Below are positions 25,968 to 39,500 of a DNA stretch of 64,000 nucleotides, in pieces; the first letter of the stretch is position 1; each line of letters starts with the position of its first letter. Position numbers and translations under genes: made by a program. The stretch lies in contig NC_043002.1 in the NCBI RefSeq assembly GCF_006345805.1, forward strand, positions 74,462,001 to 74,526,000, in the 5' to 3' direction. The notes beneath the pieces were generated by a model. That model had not been told where the DNA came from. It was given only the letters and a program-made list of their open reading frames with translations, and ran no database searches. Source of the DNA: Octopus sinensis (Eukaryota).

Positions 25968-26369
25968 GGCGCAGGATTGGCTGTGTGATAAGTAGCTTGC
26001 TTACCAACCACATGGTTCCGGGTTCAGTCCCACTGCGTGGCACCTTGGGCAAGTGTCTTCTACTATAGCCTCGGGCGACCAAAGCCTTGTGAGTGGATTT
26101 GGTAGATGGAAACTGAAAGACGCCCGTCATATATATGTATGTGTGTGTGTGTGTGTGTGTCTTTGTGTGTCTGTGTTTGCCCCTCCCTCCAACATCGCTT
26201 GACAACCGATACTGGTGAGTTTACGTCCCCGTAACTTAGCGGTTCGGCAAAAGAGTCCGATAGAATAAGTACTAGGCTTACAAAGAATAAATCCTGGGGT
26301 CGATTTCCTCAACTAAAGGCGGTGCTCCAGCATGGCCGCAGTCAAATGACTGAAACAAGTAAAAGAGTA
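25968..26369 (+). mobile_element. Family B SINE (tRNA head, CORE-like ccttgggcaagtg, internal microsatellite)
   Basis: ggcgcagga.tggctgtg...ggttcagtcccactg...gactgaaacaagtaaaagagta. Confidence 0.9.
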
Positions 26370-27186
26370 TATATATATATATATATATAACACATTGCTA
26401 ACACAAAGTAGGACACAGTATTGACTTACAAACCTTGAAAATACTCGATAGTTTATTATAGCTGCAAAACGAAATACAGTGTCCTTATCAGCAATTGATA
26501 TGTAAGTACCAGTTGCAATATGTAAATTGTTGTATCCAATAGCATTACACCACTAATCTTCATGGCTAGTTAACCAATATATGCATGCACGGTTAATGGG
26601 TTGTATGTGATACTGATGTAGGAGCAATAACTCCTAAAATATGCATATACACTCATTACCTATTTATCTATATTCGATCGCATTGTTTACATAGACATAT
26701 TCGTATACGAAGCGTCGTAACTTTCAGTGCTGGCTCTAATTTCTGTAGAGAATCTGTAGAGACCCACTTGAAAATGAAAACAACGCACTAGCACAAAGCA
26801 GGACTCATTATTGACTTATAAACCTTTAATATACTTGGTAGTATATTATGATTGCAAAACAAAATAGTATCCATCCCCCCTCTCACTCTTTCTTTCACTC
26901 TCTCTTCCTCTCTCTTTTTTCACTCTCTCTTCCTCTCTCTTTTTTTTCGCTCTCTCTTCCTCTCAAAATTACTTGTCTTGCGAGTTACTTGGTGCTAGTG
27001 CCACGTAAAAAGCACCGAGTTCACTCTGCAGAGAGGTTGGTGTTAGGAATGGCATCAAACCGTTAAAACAAAACCCTGCCAAAACAGACACAGTAGCCTG
27101 GGGCAGTCTTCTACCTGGCCAGCTCCTGTCAACCGTCTAACTGATACATGGATGGAAGACGGACGTTAAACGACAACGACCACAAC

Positions 27187-27233
<47 letters not shown>

Positions 27234-27737
27234 CGATGATGATGATGACGACGACGACGACGACGATGATGATGATGACGATGATGACAGCGATGGCGAT
27301 GATGATGATGATGATGATGATGATGATATATCCTCACACACTCAGGCATACGCCAGATAGCCTCACACACATAAACACGCAGAGGACGTACGTAATGCTT
27401 CATACACACACACACGTAGTTGTTAGCACGCGCGCGCGCGCCCGTGCAAGCGCACACATTAGCTTCATACACACACACACACGCTTACTTTCCCACCTAT
27501 GCCAGGTCTCTGCCGTCTCACCTGTCACCCACACCTCAAACCCATTTCTTCATCTTTCAGTCATTTAAGCATGCAGTACCGTTTAATTCAGACACGTTTG
27601 CTTATTTCTCTCTTCATCCATCTTTTCTGTGGAAGATTATAAACATGAAACGTTAAAAACTTCATCCAGTTTTCTTTAGCGTTACCCTAATACACCTTGT
27701 TTGTTTTTTGCCTCGTCTTCATGTTTTTCTTTGTATC

Positions 27738-27784
<47 letters not shown>

Positions 27785-27787
27785 CGT

Positions 27788-27930
27788 GGAAACGCAACAG
27801 CCCAGTGGTTAGGGAAGCGGACTCGCGATCGGAGGATTGCGGTTTCGATTCCCAGACCGGGCGTTCCATACATCATAGAAACCAGGAGACTGGGCCCACG
27901 AACCTAGCTAGATTTGAAAAGGGTGCATAA

Positions 27931-27931
<1 letters not shown>
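27788..27931 (+). mobile_element. Family A SINE, internally deleted
   Basis: tRNA head joined directly to the tail gaaaagggtgcataaataaa. Confidence 0.7.
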
Positions 27932-27975
<44 letters not shown>

Positions 27976-27981
27976 TACATA

Positions 27982-29273
27982 CGAGGTGCGTTCATTAAGT
28001 AATGCCCCTGACCCACTTCCCATAGCAGTAGAGCAACGAAACTTGGCACAGTTATTAGTCTTTTTCTACATAGGAACCACCCATAGTTACGCATTTCTCC
28101 CATCGTTTGGTGCAGCTCTGGAAATCGTTTTTGTAGAAGACCCCAGCTTGGTCCTCCAATCACGACGTGACTTCAGAAATCAAGGCTGCATCATCTGCGA
28201 AACGCTTTCCTTTCAAAAACAACTTCAGGGGGAAGAGGTGAAAATCAGAGGGTCCAAGGTCAGGAGAGTAGGGAGGATGGAGGAGGAGTTCATAGCCGCA
28301 CGCCTGTGCTTCTGATCTGGTGACACGCGAGTTGTGGACCGGAGCGTTGTCCTACAGGAGGAGGATGCCTTTGCTGATCTTGCCCCGCCTCTTGATTTTG
28401 ATAGCTTCTCTTAATTTCCTCAAAAGTGAAGCATAATAGGCTCCTGTAATTATGATAACCCTTTGCCAGGAAATCTGTCATCACTACTCCGTCCTGGTCC
28501 CAGAAGCCTGTGAGCGTGACCTTGCCAGCGGAGGGCTGCACCCTTGCCTTCTTTGGAGGAGGTGAGTCACGGTGCTTCCACTGCATTGACTGGGCTTTGG
28601 TCTCTGGATCATAGTGATGGACCCAGGTTTCATCCTGTGTAATCAGTCTTTTGAAAAACTTTGACTCATCTTCCTGGCACATCTCCAAATTCATCCTCGA
28701 GCACTCGAAGCGTTCTTGCTTCTGGAAAGGTGTAAGCAACCTGGGAATCCATCTGGCAGACACCTTTTGCATATGCAAATCGCCATGAATGATAGTTTCC
28801 ACTAAACCCGGTACTAATCTTGACCTCATGGGCTATTTGGCGAATAGTTATGCGTCGATCTTCCAAAATGGCAGCCTCAACTTGACAGACAGATGCCTCA
28901 TCAATGGCAGAAGGGGGGCGACCAGATCTGGGAGCTGTTTCCACAGAGTTCCGACAATGTTTGAATTCACAGTGCCACCGTTTTACAAGGTCATATGATG
29001 GGGCATCATCACCATAAGTTACTTTCATTTCATCAAAAGTCTCCCGTAGTGTGCGTCCTTTCAAATACAAAACCCGGATCACTGCTCGACACTCAACAGG
29101 CTCCATTTCACACTTGACTCAGTTCAAACACTTGTAAATCAGAAACCACAATTAGTTCAGAGCTGTAATTTTCCACTTAATCTATAGAGATATAAATAAT
29201 TGCACATGCAAAATTTCAGCTAGATCAAACAAATACAAGTGGGTCAGAGGCATTACTTATTGAACATCCCTCG
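27982..29273 (-). mobile_element. Full-length mariner DNA transposon
   Basis: TIRs cgaggtgcgttcattaagtaatgcccctgacccac / gtgggtcagaggcattacttattgaacatccctcg with TA TSD. Confidence 0.95.
28055..29106 (-). pseudogene. Mariner (DD34D) transposase, frameshifted
   Basis: WIPRLL, ITQDETWVHHYDPETK, PPYSPDLGPSDFHLF. Confidence 0.93.
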
Positions 29274-29350
29274 TACATATATACATAGATATACACATAC
29301 ATATATAAACATATATGTGTGTGTATATACATATATATATTTACGCACAT

Positions 29351-29384
<34 letters not shown>

Positions 29385-30699
29385 GCGCACACACACACAC
29401 AATCATTGTTTAGCGTGTCTTACACACTCACACGGGTTGGTCGATTCAACCAGAACTAACGAGCCAGAGGGCTTCACCGAACTTTGCCATGGTTTCTACA
29501 GCTGGACGCCCTTCCTAATGCCAATCACTTTGAAGAGTGCACTGGAACGTTTTTCCTGGCACTAGCACTGGCGGGGTCACCAAGTATTCACAAGACAAGA
29601 CTCCTTCAACTGAGTCGCGTATAGTAGTGAAACATGTGGTAGTATGATAGGAGGACAAGAGCAGGTGTTTTGCCAAAGAGGAGAGTACATAGCTTCCCCA
29701 GCTGGAAAGGGAGCGCGAGAGAAAAAGAGATAGAGTTAGTGAAAGCGTACACTCAAGGTTCAAGGTAATAGAGATAAAGAAACAGAAAAAGTGGGTGGGT
29801 AAATATCGCTCATTCATTAAGTAAAACCTCATAAATCTCATCTTCAAAGTGAGAAGAGTGTAGTTGGAAAAATTAAGTGGTGCTGTCGGACGAAACATCA
29901 CGTGATATTTGTCCCGCCAATGTTGCCGTATAAATGATTGGACGTGGTAACAATCTCTGAGTAACGCCGGAGTAAATCATTATATTCGAACGAATAAGCT
30001 CTAATTATTTAGTTATACTGGTGACGGTGGTACGTTTTAAAAGACTCGATTTGTGAAAGTGTAAAATATGGGCGTATGTTTTTGAAAAGTAACGGAATAA
30101 TTTAGCAATTCGCTTGACAATCATGTTCGACCCCACAACTCGGCACATTGTGCAAATGTATTGTGTATTCTACCGTGGTCCTGAATTGCATTATCTGATG
30201 AGTGAAATCAGGTGGACAGAACATGTGTGACAGTCGATCAGCTGAACTGCGTAAATGAAATTTAAACGGTTAGCTTTGTCACACACGGTGTCAAACTGGG
30301 TTTTGCTTCGGTATTACATTAAAGCTATAAGGGTATGTAGAATACTCAGTCAATTTCTATAATAATTCATGAATAGGTAGTCTCATTGACTGACAAACTG
30401 GAATACGCGTCATGGAAACCAACGGAAGATCTTTTTTTTTTTTTTACATGACGTTTGAAGATCATAAGATTTATGAAATATGTATTGAAATGAAAGCTGC
30501 GAGTAGAGTGTAGACATAGAGCAATCATACATAGACAGAATATTTGTTTGACCAACAAATAGAAATAGCGTAAGATGTCCACAGTTCAAACTGGTCGGCT
30601 AATACAGACCACAAAGTTATGATCTGATCGGTCGACTTATATTGGACCCATAGACAGGGTCTCAGTTAATGGAAGTTGAACATGTTCTTATTAGCACAC

Positions 30700-32830
30700 A
30701 AAGACAATAAGTACTTGTTGAACTTGTTGAGCGGCAGTTGACGTAAGCAATCGTCAACAACCGGTAGTGGGGCACTCTGAAGAGGGCGATTAGAACAGAA
30801 TCGATTGCGTTTAGCAAAGAGCTAGCAATAGAGAGAAACAGATTAGAGGGAGAATTAGACGGTACTCAAGAAGAGACATTTAGTAAGGCATAACAACCGA
30901 CCTGTTAGTGGCGAGAAGGTCTTTGACCATTTCTTCGAAGTGAAACACAAAGGCTGCGCTATCAGAGCCCGTGTTGTCTGATGGTTTCGAGAGCGAGAGG
31001 CGCGACGTGGCAACAAAGCCACAATCAGTTCTTTGACAGTTCGGGACGGGCGCGTGCTACTGATCGGCTTTCAAGCAGATGTGTACGGCTTTCCAGAAGA
31101 ACTTTGCCCGACTGGACGGGGAAGGCGATGGGTCAGAGACGGTAACAAGCTTTAGTTCTTAACTCGAGGACCTACTGCAGAATATGTAATGTCCAATGAA
31201 AAACTGACAACAGCTGCTAAAATTCACGATGCGATGGTGCAAATAACCCGGTTTGGATGATCTACTCTACGAATTATATAAGTTCATGCCGGATTTGTTT
31301 GGCAACTAGGCAGCAGAATGGAACAATTCTTAGAACTGAGCCGGGAAGTGGTAACGCTGCTTAAAAAGGATACCAACAAAGGGGATGTGGTAGGTAATCT
31401 TCAGCTCATAATTTTGCTAATCACAGAGTTAGCACTTGTTGTCGATGATTTGGTCGGGGAAGTGCAAATCCATCCACAACAATTTCCACCTTATGCAATA
31501 CATCATACAGAGGGCTGGAATCAAGCTGGATTTGGTGGAACCCTAATCAATTTGGATCAGTCCAAAGCTCGTTTTCAGAGGCTGGATCCCTACAATGCAC
31601 AGCGGTATCCGCTTGGTGGTCAAAGTAAATCGCGACCACTCGGAACCATTTCGCACTAGGAACCGTCTCAAACTAGGGCCCGAAAGGGCTGTGTCGGCGT
31701 ACGCGGAAAACATAACCATCATGGTGTTGGATACCACCAAAATGAAGACGGTTGGCACCATTCTAAGGAAATACGAGATGGTGACAGAGTCCATGATCAA
31801 CGCGCACTAGTCGGTGGACTTGAGGTTGGGCACCTGGAGTAAGACAAGCCGTGCTCTTAGACGGCATCGTAGAACGCTGGACTGACAGATCACGACGGCT
31901 GGTTCGATCCCAACATCCAGATGGATAGGAACTGGGACGAAGAGACGAATATGGCCAAGTCTTGGTTAGAAATTAACTGACAGGAAGTAGTTCCTGGAAG
32001 AGCAAGCGGAGGTGGGGAATACCTGCATTTTTCCCGTTAACGTTTGCCGCCTGACCGTCGTGCCAGTTATTATCTGATCAGATTGGAGCGTTTGCTATTC
32101 AATTTCTTGTGGAAAGGACGCTTTCTGCTGGTTAGGAGGTCCATCTGCTGCCAGCAAATGTGTGCTCCGCGGGACTTTCTGATCGAGGACTTCTATGGAT
32201 AATTTCCAGGAATCATTGGCCTGGCAGTGCTACCGAGGAGCGCAACCGAAGTTTAACATGAATTCTGCAGTCATTACTTACTTACAGAGTCATGTCGAAC
32301 AGCTGTTGTCACGAGTAGGATGGGTGCGGTTATCAGCTGAACCCTTGGTGATGTTTACTCTGCCACCTACCTTTAATCGTGTGATGGGCGAGGCTGAGAG
32401 GTATGAGGACAGACTTTCCTCTTAGATAAAACCCTCGCCGATTTTTTTTTTTCAAGTTTCACTAGAAACGGAAGGTGAGAGTGAAGAGTGAGATGCTGTC
32501 CTCGAGTGAATTTATTGAAAAATAGGTGAAAGTAGCAAAAATGGCAAGAGTGAATGGCACCACTCTTGAGTATAAGTCTCTAAGTCGGAGAGAAAAAAAT
32601 TGGAGAGGTCGCGTGCCTCTGATGTTCAGGGAGATCTTGGTGAGCTTCCTTGATTACCCTAGAAGTCCTTCTGTATCAAGAGGACTGTATTATCGTCATC
32701 TTTGTTTTTCTGATAATGCATACCAATATACACTTGCATTCAATGCTTTTTGTTACTTTTATATACCCTGAAAACATTTTCTAAGAAATCATTCCCTTCT
32801 GTGTAAATTGTCTGTCTTTGTATCGTTCTC
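30700..32830 (+). mobile_element. Decayed L1/Tx1-clade LINE ORF2 fragment
   Basis: VVTLLKKD, LINLDQSKA.F.R, VSAYAENIT (YADD equivalent) and FNFLWKG motifs with many stops. Confidence 0.7.
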
Positions 32831-33037
32831 CTTGTCAGTTACTCTGGTTGACATATTGGGGTATCACCTTAAAGAGTTAAGTTGAATAAATCGACCTAGT
32901 ACTTATCTTATTTTTCAAAGTATGGAGCTTAGTGTATCATACTATGTTGCTGAACCGCTATGTTAAGAGGTACAAATATACAAACACAAAGACACACACA
33001 AACATGTGTGTGTATGTGTGTGTAAATATATATATAT

Positions 33038-33072
<35 letters not shown>

Positions 33073-33138
33073 TTAACAACTAGAACTGGCAATCCGGAGA
33101 CTGCACCAGGCTCCGATTGTCTGTTTTGGCAAGGTTTC

Positions 33139-33571
33139 GGATCTTTTCGGTTTGAATGGCAGTTTTTTCTAGCGGTGTCATATGAAATTGTCACCCATAA
33201 CTATGGCCCTAGTATCGATCTATTGCATTTCAATCTCTTTTAGGGTTAGGGTTAGTTAGGGTTAGGGTTAGGAGTGGGGGGAAGGGTATCTTCTTTTCTT
33301 CACAAATGTAAATAAATCCAATATGTTTCTTAAACGAGGGACATATTCATAAGGCACAGAATGTTTTTTTAATTCAAAAGACGTCAGTGATTGGTTGAAA
33401 TTGCAGAAATTGAAGAAAAAAACAACAAATATCTTACAAACTATAGAATTTTCTCAATAAAGCCAAGAGAAAAAGATGTTTTATAAACACATTCTACCAG
33501 TATACGAAGTTTAAAATTTTTTAGTTACCTAGAAATTATGTTAAAAACTGCCGTTCAAACCGAATAGATCC
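33139..33571. mobile_element. MITE with ~30-bp TIRs, 8-bp TSD and internal (TTAGGG)n
   Basis: ggatcttttcggtttgaatggcagttttt / aaaaactgccgttcaaaccgaatagatcc; aaggtttc duplicated on both sides. Confidence 0.9.
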
Positions 33572-33649
33572 AAGGTTTCTAAGGTGGATGCCCCTCCTAA
33601 CGCCAAACACTTTACAGAGTATACTGAGTGCTTTTCACATAAACATGTA

Positions 33650-33820
33650 CACACGACGGACTTCCACACAGTTTCTGTCAACCAAATTACACTCATAAAG
33701 CAGTCGTCACCCCGGGGCTATAGTAGCAGATACTTGCCCAAGGTGCCGTGCAGTATAACTGAACCCGAAACTATGGAGTTACAGCGCGAACGCCTTAATC
33801 ACAAGGTCATTCCTGTGCCC
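33650..33820 (-). mobile_element. Family B SINE head, diverged
   Basis: ggctatagtagcagatacttgcccaaggtgcc...actgaacccgaaac. Confidence 0.7.
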
Positions 33821-34241
33821 TGGCAACAAAAAAAGGGAGAAAAGTTACAATTCTCAGAAACCCCACATCACAATTCGTCTTCACTTCCAGACACTCAACT
33901 AAGCCAATTTATTTTTTGCCGACTCGTTTTGATTCATTGGCATCTTTCAACTTACACCACTGCTAGTTCATATGGTCTTAGACATTTTTTTCTTTTTTAT
34001 CAGACTCTTTTCGATTCGTGACCGTCCCAATTCCAGTTAGGGCAGTGTTAGGAATCTGATGGGTTTGCAAGTAAACATTGACACTTAACAAGTAATACAA
34101 ACCAACGCTGAAGAAGCCTCTCCGTGGTCGTTCGACCTACCTTCAAGAAATAGCCAACACCCACCCCCTCCCCTCCCCAATCAAGACGCATCATAACACA
34201 GGGGCGTGGTGGGTTCTTTTTAGATAATGCATTCAGTCCAC

Positions 34242-34269
34242 AGAAGAAGAAGAAGAAGAAGAAGAAGAA

Positions 34270-34301
<32 letters not shown>

Positions 34302-34440
34302 AGCAAAAGAAGAAGAAGCAAAAGAAGAAGAAGAAGAGAAGAAGAAGAAGAAGAAGAAGAAGAAGAAGAAGAAGAAGAAGAAGAAGAAGAAGAAGAAGAA
34401 GAAGCAAAAGAAGAAGCAGAAGAAGAAGAAGAAGAAGAAA
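34242..34440. repeat. (GAA)n trinucleotide tract
   Basis: Direct reading. Confidence 0.95.
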
Positions 34441-34688
34441 TGATGACAGATGGAACGTATTTGATCATAGGTGTGTTGCTCAATAAGGTTTGCCTTCGGA
34501 GTTAAACAATAACAACAACAGTTTGGTTAATAATGTCCTTTTTATACCGTACGGTTTGGTTTATTATGACAGATATCAAGGAGCCCAACACTATAAACAA
34601 AAACATTTCATGTGTGCGTGTGTGTGTACGAAACTCTCGGCCTTCGAGTCACTCAGTAATATTCTGCCGATTAAATAATACATACATA

Positions 34689-35310
34689 GGCGCAGGAGTG
34701 GCTGTGCGGTAAGTAGCTTGCTTACCAACCGGATGGTTCCGGGTTCAGTCCCACTGCGTGGCACCTTGGGCAAGTGTCTTCTACTATAGCCTCGGGCCGA
34801 CCAAAGCCTTGCGAGTGGATTTGGTAGACGGAAACTGAAAGAAGCCCGTCGTATATATATATATATATATGAATGTATGTATGTATGTAGACATATTTAA
34901 GAAGAGTGGTCCCGGTACGCGCACTCGCGTACTCGCGTATCCGCGTTAGCTAGTCGTGACTAGTCGATCCTACAACGACTACCTAACAAAGTAAATAAAA
35001 ACAAAAACACAAAGTAAGGATCGACTAGTCACGACTAGTTAACGCGGATGCGCGAGTACGCGAGTGCGCGCACCGGGACCACTCTTCTTAAGTACCATAT
35101 ATATATATATGCGTGTGCGTATTTGTTTGTGTATCTGTGTTTGTTCGCCCACCATCGCTCGACAATCGATGTTGATGTGTTTACTTTAGCGGTTCGGCAA
35201 AAGAGACCGATAGAATAAGTACTAGACTTAGAAAAGAATAAGTCTTGGGGTCGATTTGTTCGACTGGGGGGGGGGATGCTCAAGCATGGCCGCAGTCAAA
35301 ATGACTGGAG
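34689..35310 (+). mobile_element. Family B SINE carrying a palindromic MITE in its central microsatellite
   Basis: Head at 34689-34851 and tail at 35125-35310. Confidence 0.88.
34901..35087. mobile_element. TTAA-flanked CpG-rich palindromic MITE (Kolobok-like termini)
   Basis: ~71-bp arms gaagagtggtcccgg...gatcct / aggatc...ccgggaccactcttc, with TTAA on both sides. Confidence 0.8.
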
Positions 35311-36719
35311 GAAATAAAAAAAAACATACATACATATAGATATAAAATTATATGCCCGTTTTGAGTTCTGTTTTCCTGTATCACCACAGACACACACACA
35401 CACAATTTCACACTCTTTGTACTTGTTGCGTACCATTAATTTATTTCCCGATTCAATCAGCACTGGACGTTTGACATTTAATAAACAAACGCGCAACCAA
35501 CATAACCAGCATCGATGCGAGCCGACCATGCAAGCATTATATATCGGTCGGTCGGCGTGCTAGATGTAGCAGCTAAATTTTTCTCAAATCAGTCTGTAAA
35601 CAAGAGACAGACAGACAGACAGACTGACAGTTAGACAGACAAAGACATGGACGCGTTGGATGATACAATCTTAAATATACTGTGCCTGAAAAAAAAAACA
35701 TTTTGAAAAAAGACGAGTTGGCTATGGTTGGAATATTTTTATCATAGATCTACCGGTGACGTCTGACTTAGGTTTAAATAACAGTAACAGCATCAACAGA
35801 CTTATAATATTATTCTGCTTGTTAATATTAATAGTAATGGTCGTACTTACGTGTGATCCACCAAAAAGTTTTTAAAATGCAGAGATATGGTAAGGACTTC
35901 TTATTGTGGCAAAAAGCCAGCTTTTTGTTTCTCTGTCTTTTCTTTTTGTTTTGTTTTTTGGTAATAAAAGGGGCGTTTATTACAAGTCAACTAAAACGAC
36001 TGCATTATCTTGTTGGTATTTATTATTTTGTTTTGTTTCATTCACTACAACAGGATTTGAACTCAAAACATAAGAAAAGCAACCAAAATGGTCAGCTGTC
36101 TGTCGTTGCATTTAAAGTTTGTTGCTGTTGCTTTCTAGTTGATATTTTTCTTTTTTCTCAGTTAAACACTCGATAATATTACTTTATATTTATAAAGGAT
36201 CGTTTGAAAGAAAAGCCAACACCCACCGTCTGGATTATTTGTTCAATTACATATAATAATATATCATTACCCAGGTAAAATAAATTGACGTAAATGTATG
36301 GATTGCAAATCTTGATTTTGTAGGTGGATGGTTTTCATTTTAACTTTACCTTCTATATATAGCTGTTTCTTAGAGACTGGTGCAAAAAGTAGTGTTCTGT
36401 GTTCGGATAATAATTTCACAGAGGTAAATAATAATTTTTTTTTTAAATTAAAACAAAATGATGTCTTTTTGAAAATAGACAATTATAAAGATTAAAATCC
36501 CCTGAGATATCCACGCGTTTTAATCCGTTGATGTTTTGAGTTGATATTCACAATATACAATTTCCGAAATGTTTCCAGTTCCTCGAAGTTCTTACGGCTG
36601 TTAAAAGTTCCTTATATCTTAATATACATAAATGATATATGTTATAGATATATTTAGATATACATACATATACATATAGGTACTTATGTTAATATATCAA
36701 CATACGCATATGTGTATGT

Positions 36720-36808
<89 letters not shown>

Positions 36809-37472
36809 GACAGATACTGTAAATGTTTGTATGTGTGCGTGTGTTTGAATTGTACGTATATGAATTATGTATTTATTAACACGAGGTATTATGTATGTAG
36901 GTACGTAAGTATAAATATGTTTGTGTGTATAAGGGGCTAGTTATTATTAACTATATATATTTTCTCAGGTCTACGTACATACACACATACATAAATATAT
37001 ATATATATACACACACACACAGTCAAGTATGTATATATATATGTATTTATATTTATATATACTTGGATTGATCTTCGATTGATTGATTGATATAAGTTAG
37101 GAAGAATGACTTTTCATTGATAAAATGTAAAATGCATATATAGGTGGAGGGAGCAGATAAAAAGAGATGGAAAGGAAATTGAGACACAGACAGACAGACA
37201 GGCAGGCAGGCAGATTTGAAATTCCAACAAGTACACGAGTGTGTCTGCTTCCTTTCACTCAGAGTTTGTTTTGATTTCTATCCTTTAAATTTTCCATTCG
37301 GGGGTTGCCTACAGAAGTTATTGATAATATTATTATTGTAACTTTCATCAGACTTTCTGCGTCGTCGTCGTTGTTGTTGTTGTTGTTGTTGCTGTTGTTG
37401 TTATTGTTGTTTCCGTCGTCGTCGCTGCTGCTGCTGCTGATACTTGTGATAATAGTAATGATTATAAATATG

Positions 37473-37508
<36 letters not shown>

Positions 37509-38395
37509 GTAACAACGGTGACTACAGAAATGGGTGATGATTTTGATATTGATGATGTTTGATGGATGATATAGGCAGAGAAGTTGATGGCTAGTTAGTA
37601 ATAAGGTTGATAGTCAGTGGTAATACTTTTGTGATGAAGATCTTAGAGGTTGTGTTTGGAAAGAGTCCATAACTCTTGTCTTTCACACCTTTCCAAAAAC
37701 AAAAAAAAAATACCCGACGACGACGCCCGATCTTTTGAATGTAACGGGAATCAATAGAAACGCCGGCTTAATGGATCTGAGCGAGAGAGAAAGAATGATA
37801 AACAGAGAGAGAGGGAGAGGGAGCGGAAGAAGGGAGTGAGTGAGGGTAGGAGGAGAAGAAGAATTGGAAGAGGAAAGGAGGAGCGGGAGGAGGAGGAGAG
37901 GAACAGAGAACGAGAGGGTTGTGACAGAAAGATGTGGATGGACAAATGCACACACACACACACATGCACGCACGCAAACACACGCGCTCACGCAACCGTA
38001 CACAGAAAGTGAAACAGGTAGATGGACAGTAAGAGAAGGAGAGAGAGAGAGAGAGGCGGGTAGAGGAAGCAGTGTCTCCTACTGCTGCTGCACTTGTTGC
38101 TGCAATAGAGAAGTAACCATCCTCCTCCTCTTTCTTTCCCCTCTCTCTCTCTATTTTTTCTCTCTCTATTTTCTCTCTCTCTCTCTCTCTCTCTCATCGT
38201 CATCAGCCCGTCTCTGTCTCTTCTCTCCATCAACTCATCTTGTCTGTAACAATTGGCCGATAACATGTTTACAACTAGTGTTTACATTTTTACGTTCACA
38301 CGTTATGCAAACATCTGTCTTCAACTTGTTGCTAATATATTGTGAACACAGAAATGTGTGACCTGTTATAAGCTTTATATATATATATATATATC

Positions 38396-38518
38396 CTTTC
38401 GGGGTCGATAAATTAAGTACCAGTTGCGCACTGCGATCGATATAATCGACTTAATCCGTTTGTCTGTCCTTGTTTGTCCCCTCTGTGTATAGCCCCTTGC
38501 GGGCAGTAAAAGAAATAA
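38396..38518 (+). mobile_element. Family C SINE, 5'-truncated
   Basis: tcctttcggggtcgataaattaagtaccag...gtaaaagaaata. Confidence 0.85.
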
Positions 38519-38680
38519 GAGACACCCGGCGTTGCCCGGGAACGAAATTTTTTCTTTATGTATTGGAAGAAAAAAGCAAAATATGTCGTATAGGAATTTG
38601 TTATTCTAAATTCAATTTATTCTTTAATTGGGAAATCAATTCTGAATTCAAAATACGAAATAATAATAATAATAATAATA

Positions 38681-38721
<41 letters not shown>

Positions 38722-38722
38722 T

Positions 38723-39500
38723 AACAAGAGCACTCAGAGAGCGCAAACCTCCGCCAACGCAACATCAAAGTCCTCTCAACGATTAATCGGAGATGATTTT
38801 TAAAATGAGAATATTTGGAATAAAATCTGCTCTCACAAACGAGAATACAAAAAATGAACCCGATCGCTCTCAAACGGAAAAGTAATCCATTCATTTATAT
38901 ATTGAATGAGAGGTGAAAAGAGAGGAGATGAAATACTAATACAGTGAAGGAAACGTTGTGAGAGTAATAGCCATGATTGGAAAGGTGTGAGAGAAAGTAA
39001 TAACAGTGAGAAAGAAGAAACGAAGTGGCAAATAAAGCGTCGTTTGAATGAGAAAGGAAGGCGTGATAGATGAATAACGAAGGAAAGGGTGAAAAAGCCA
39101 ATAAACGGCGTTTGAAGCCTGAGTATATGTATGTGTAAAAGAGAGGTATGTTTGCGTGTATGTGTGCGTGTGTGTACGTGTGTGTGTGTGTGTGTAGAAT
39201 GGAAATGGGATGGTAATGTTTAACGCTGAAAATGTGTGAGTATATGTGTGTATTCGTGTGCATGTACAAGAGAACTATGTGAAACTTTACATATACAAAT
39301 AAAATAAAGAAAATATAAAAAATAATCCAGAACCCTTGTCCGGTATCGGATTGATCCCAAAATCTAATGAGACCATGCCAGTCACAGGGCTAAACATCAC
39401 TGAAAGTTTCATCCGAATCCACCCAACAGTTCTTGAGATATCTTGTCCACGGACAAACAAACAAACAAACACGACTGAAAACAATACCTGGAGGTAATAA
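38723..39500 (-). mobile_element. Helentron-associated non-autonomous element (DINE/HINE-like)
   Basis: Minus strand starts ttattacctcc, has (GTTT)n, and ends ggcggaggt-ttgcgctctctgagtgctcttgtt (subTIR plus hairpin). Confidence 0.7.

Noticed and set aside
27129-27568. Poly-D, poly-S, poly-H and poly-M ORFs
   Set aside because: They come from the (GAT)n tail of a family E repeat.
33240-33272. True telomere or chromosome fusion scar
   Set aside because: The tract is short and internal to a MITE with TIRs and TSD.
34048-34505. Poly-E, poly-R and poly-L ORFs
   Set aside because: They come from a (GAA)n expansion inside a family F repeat.
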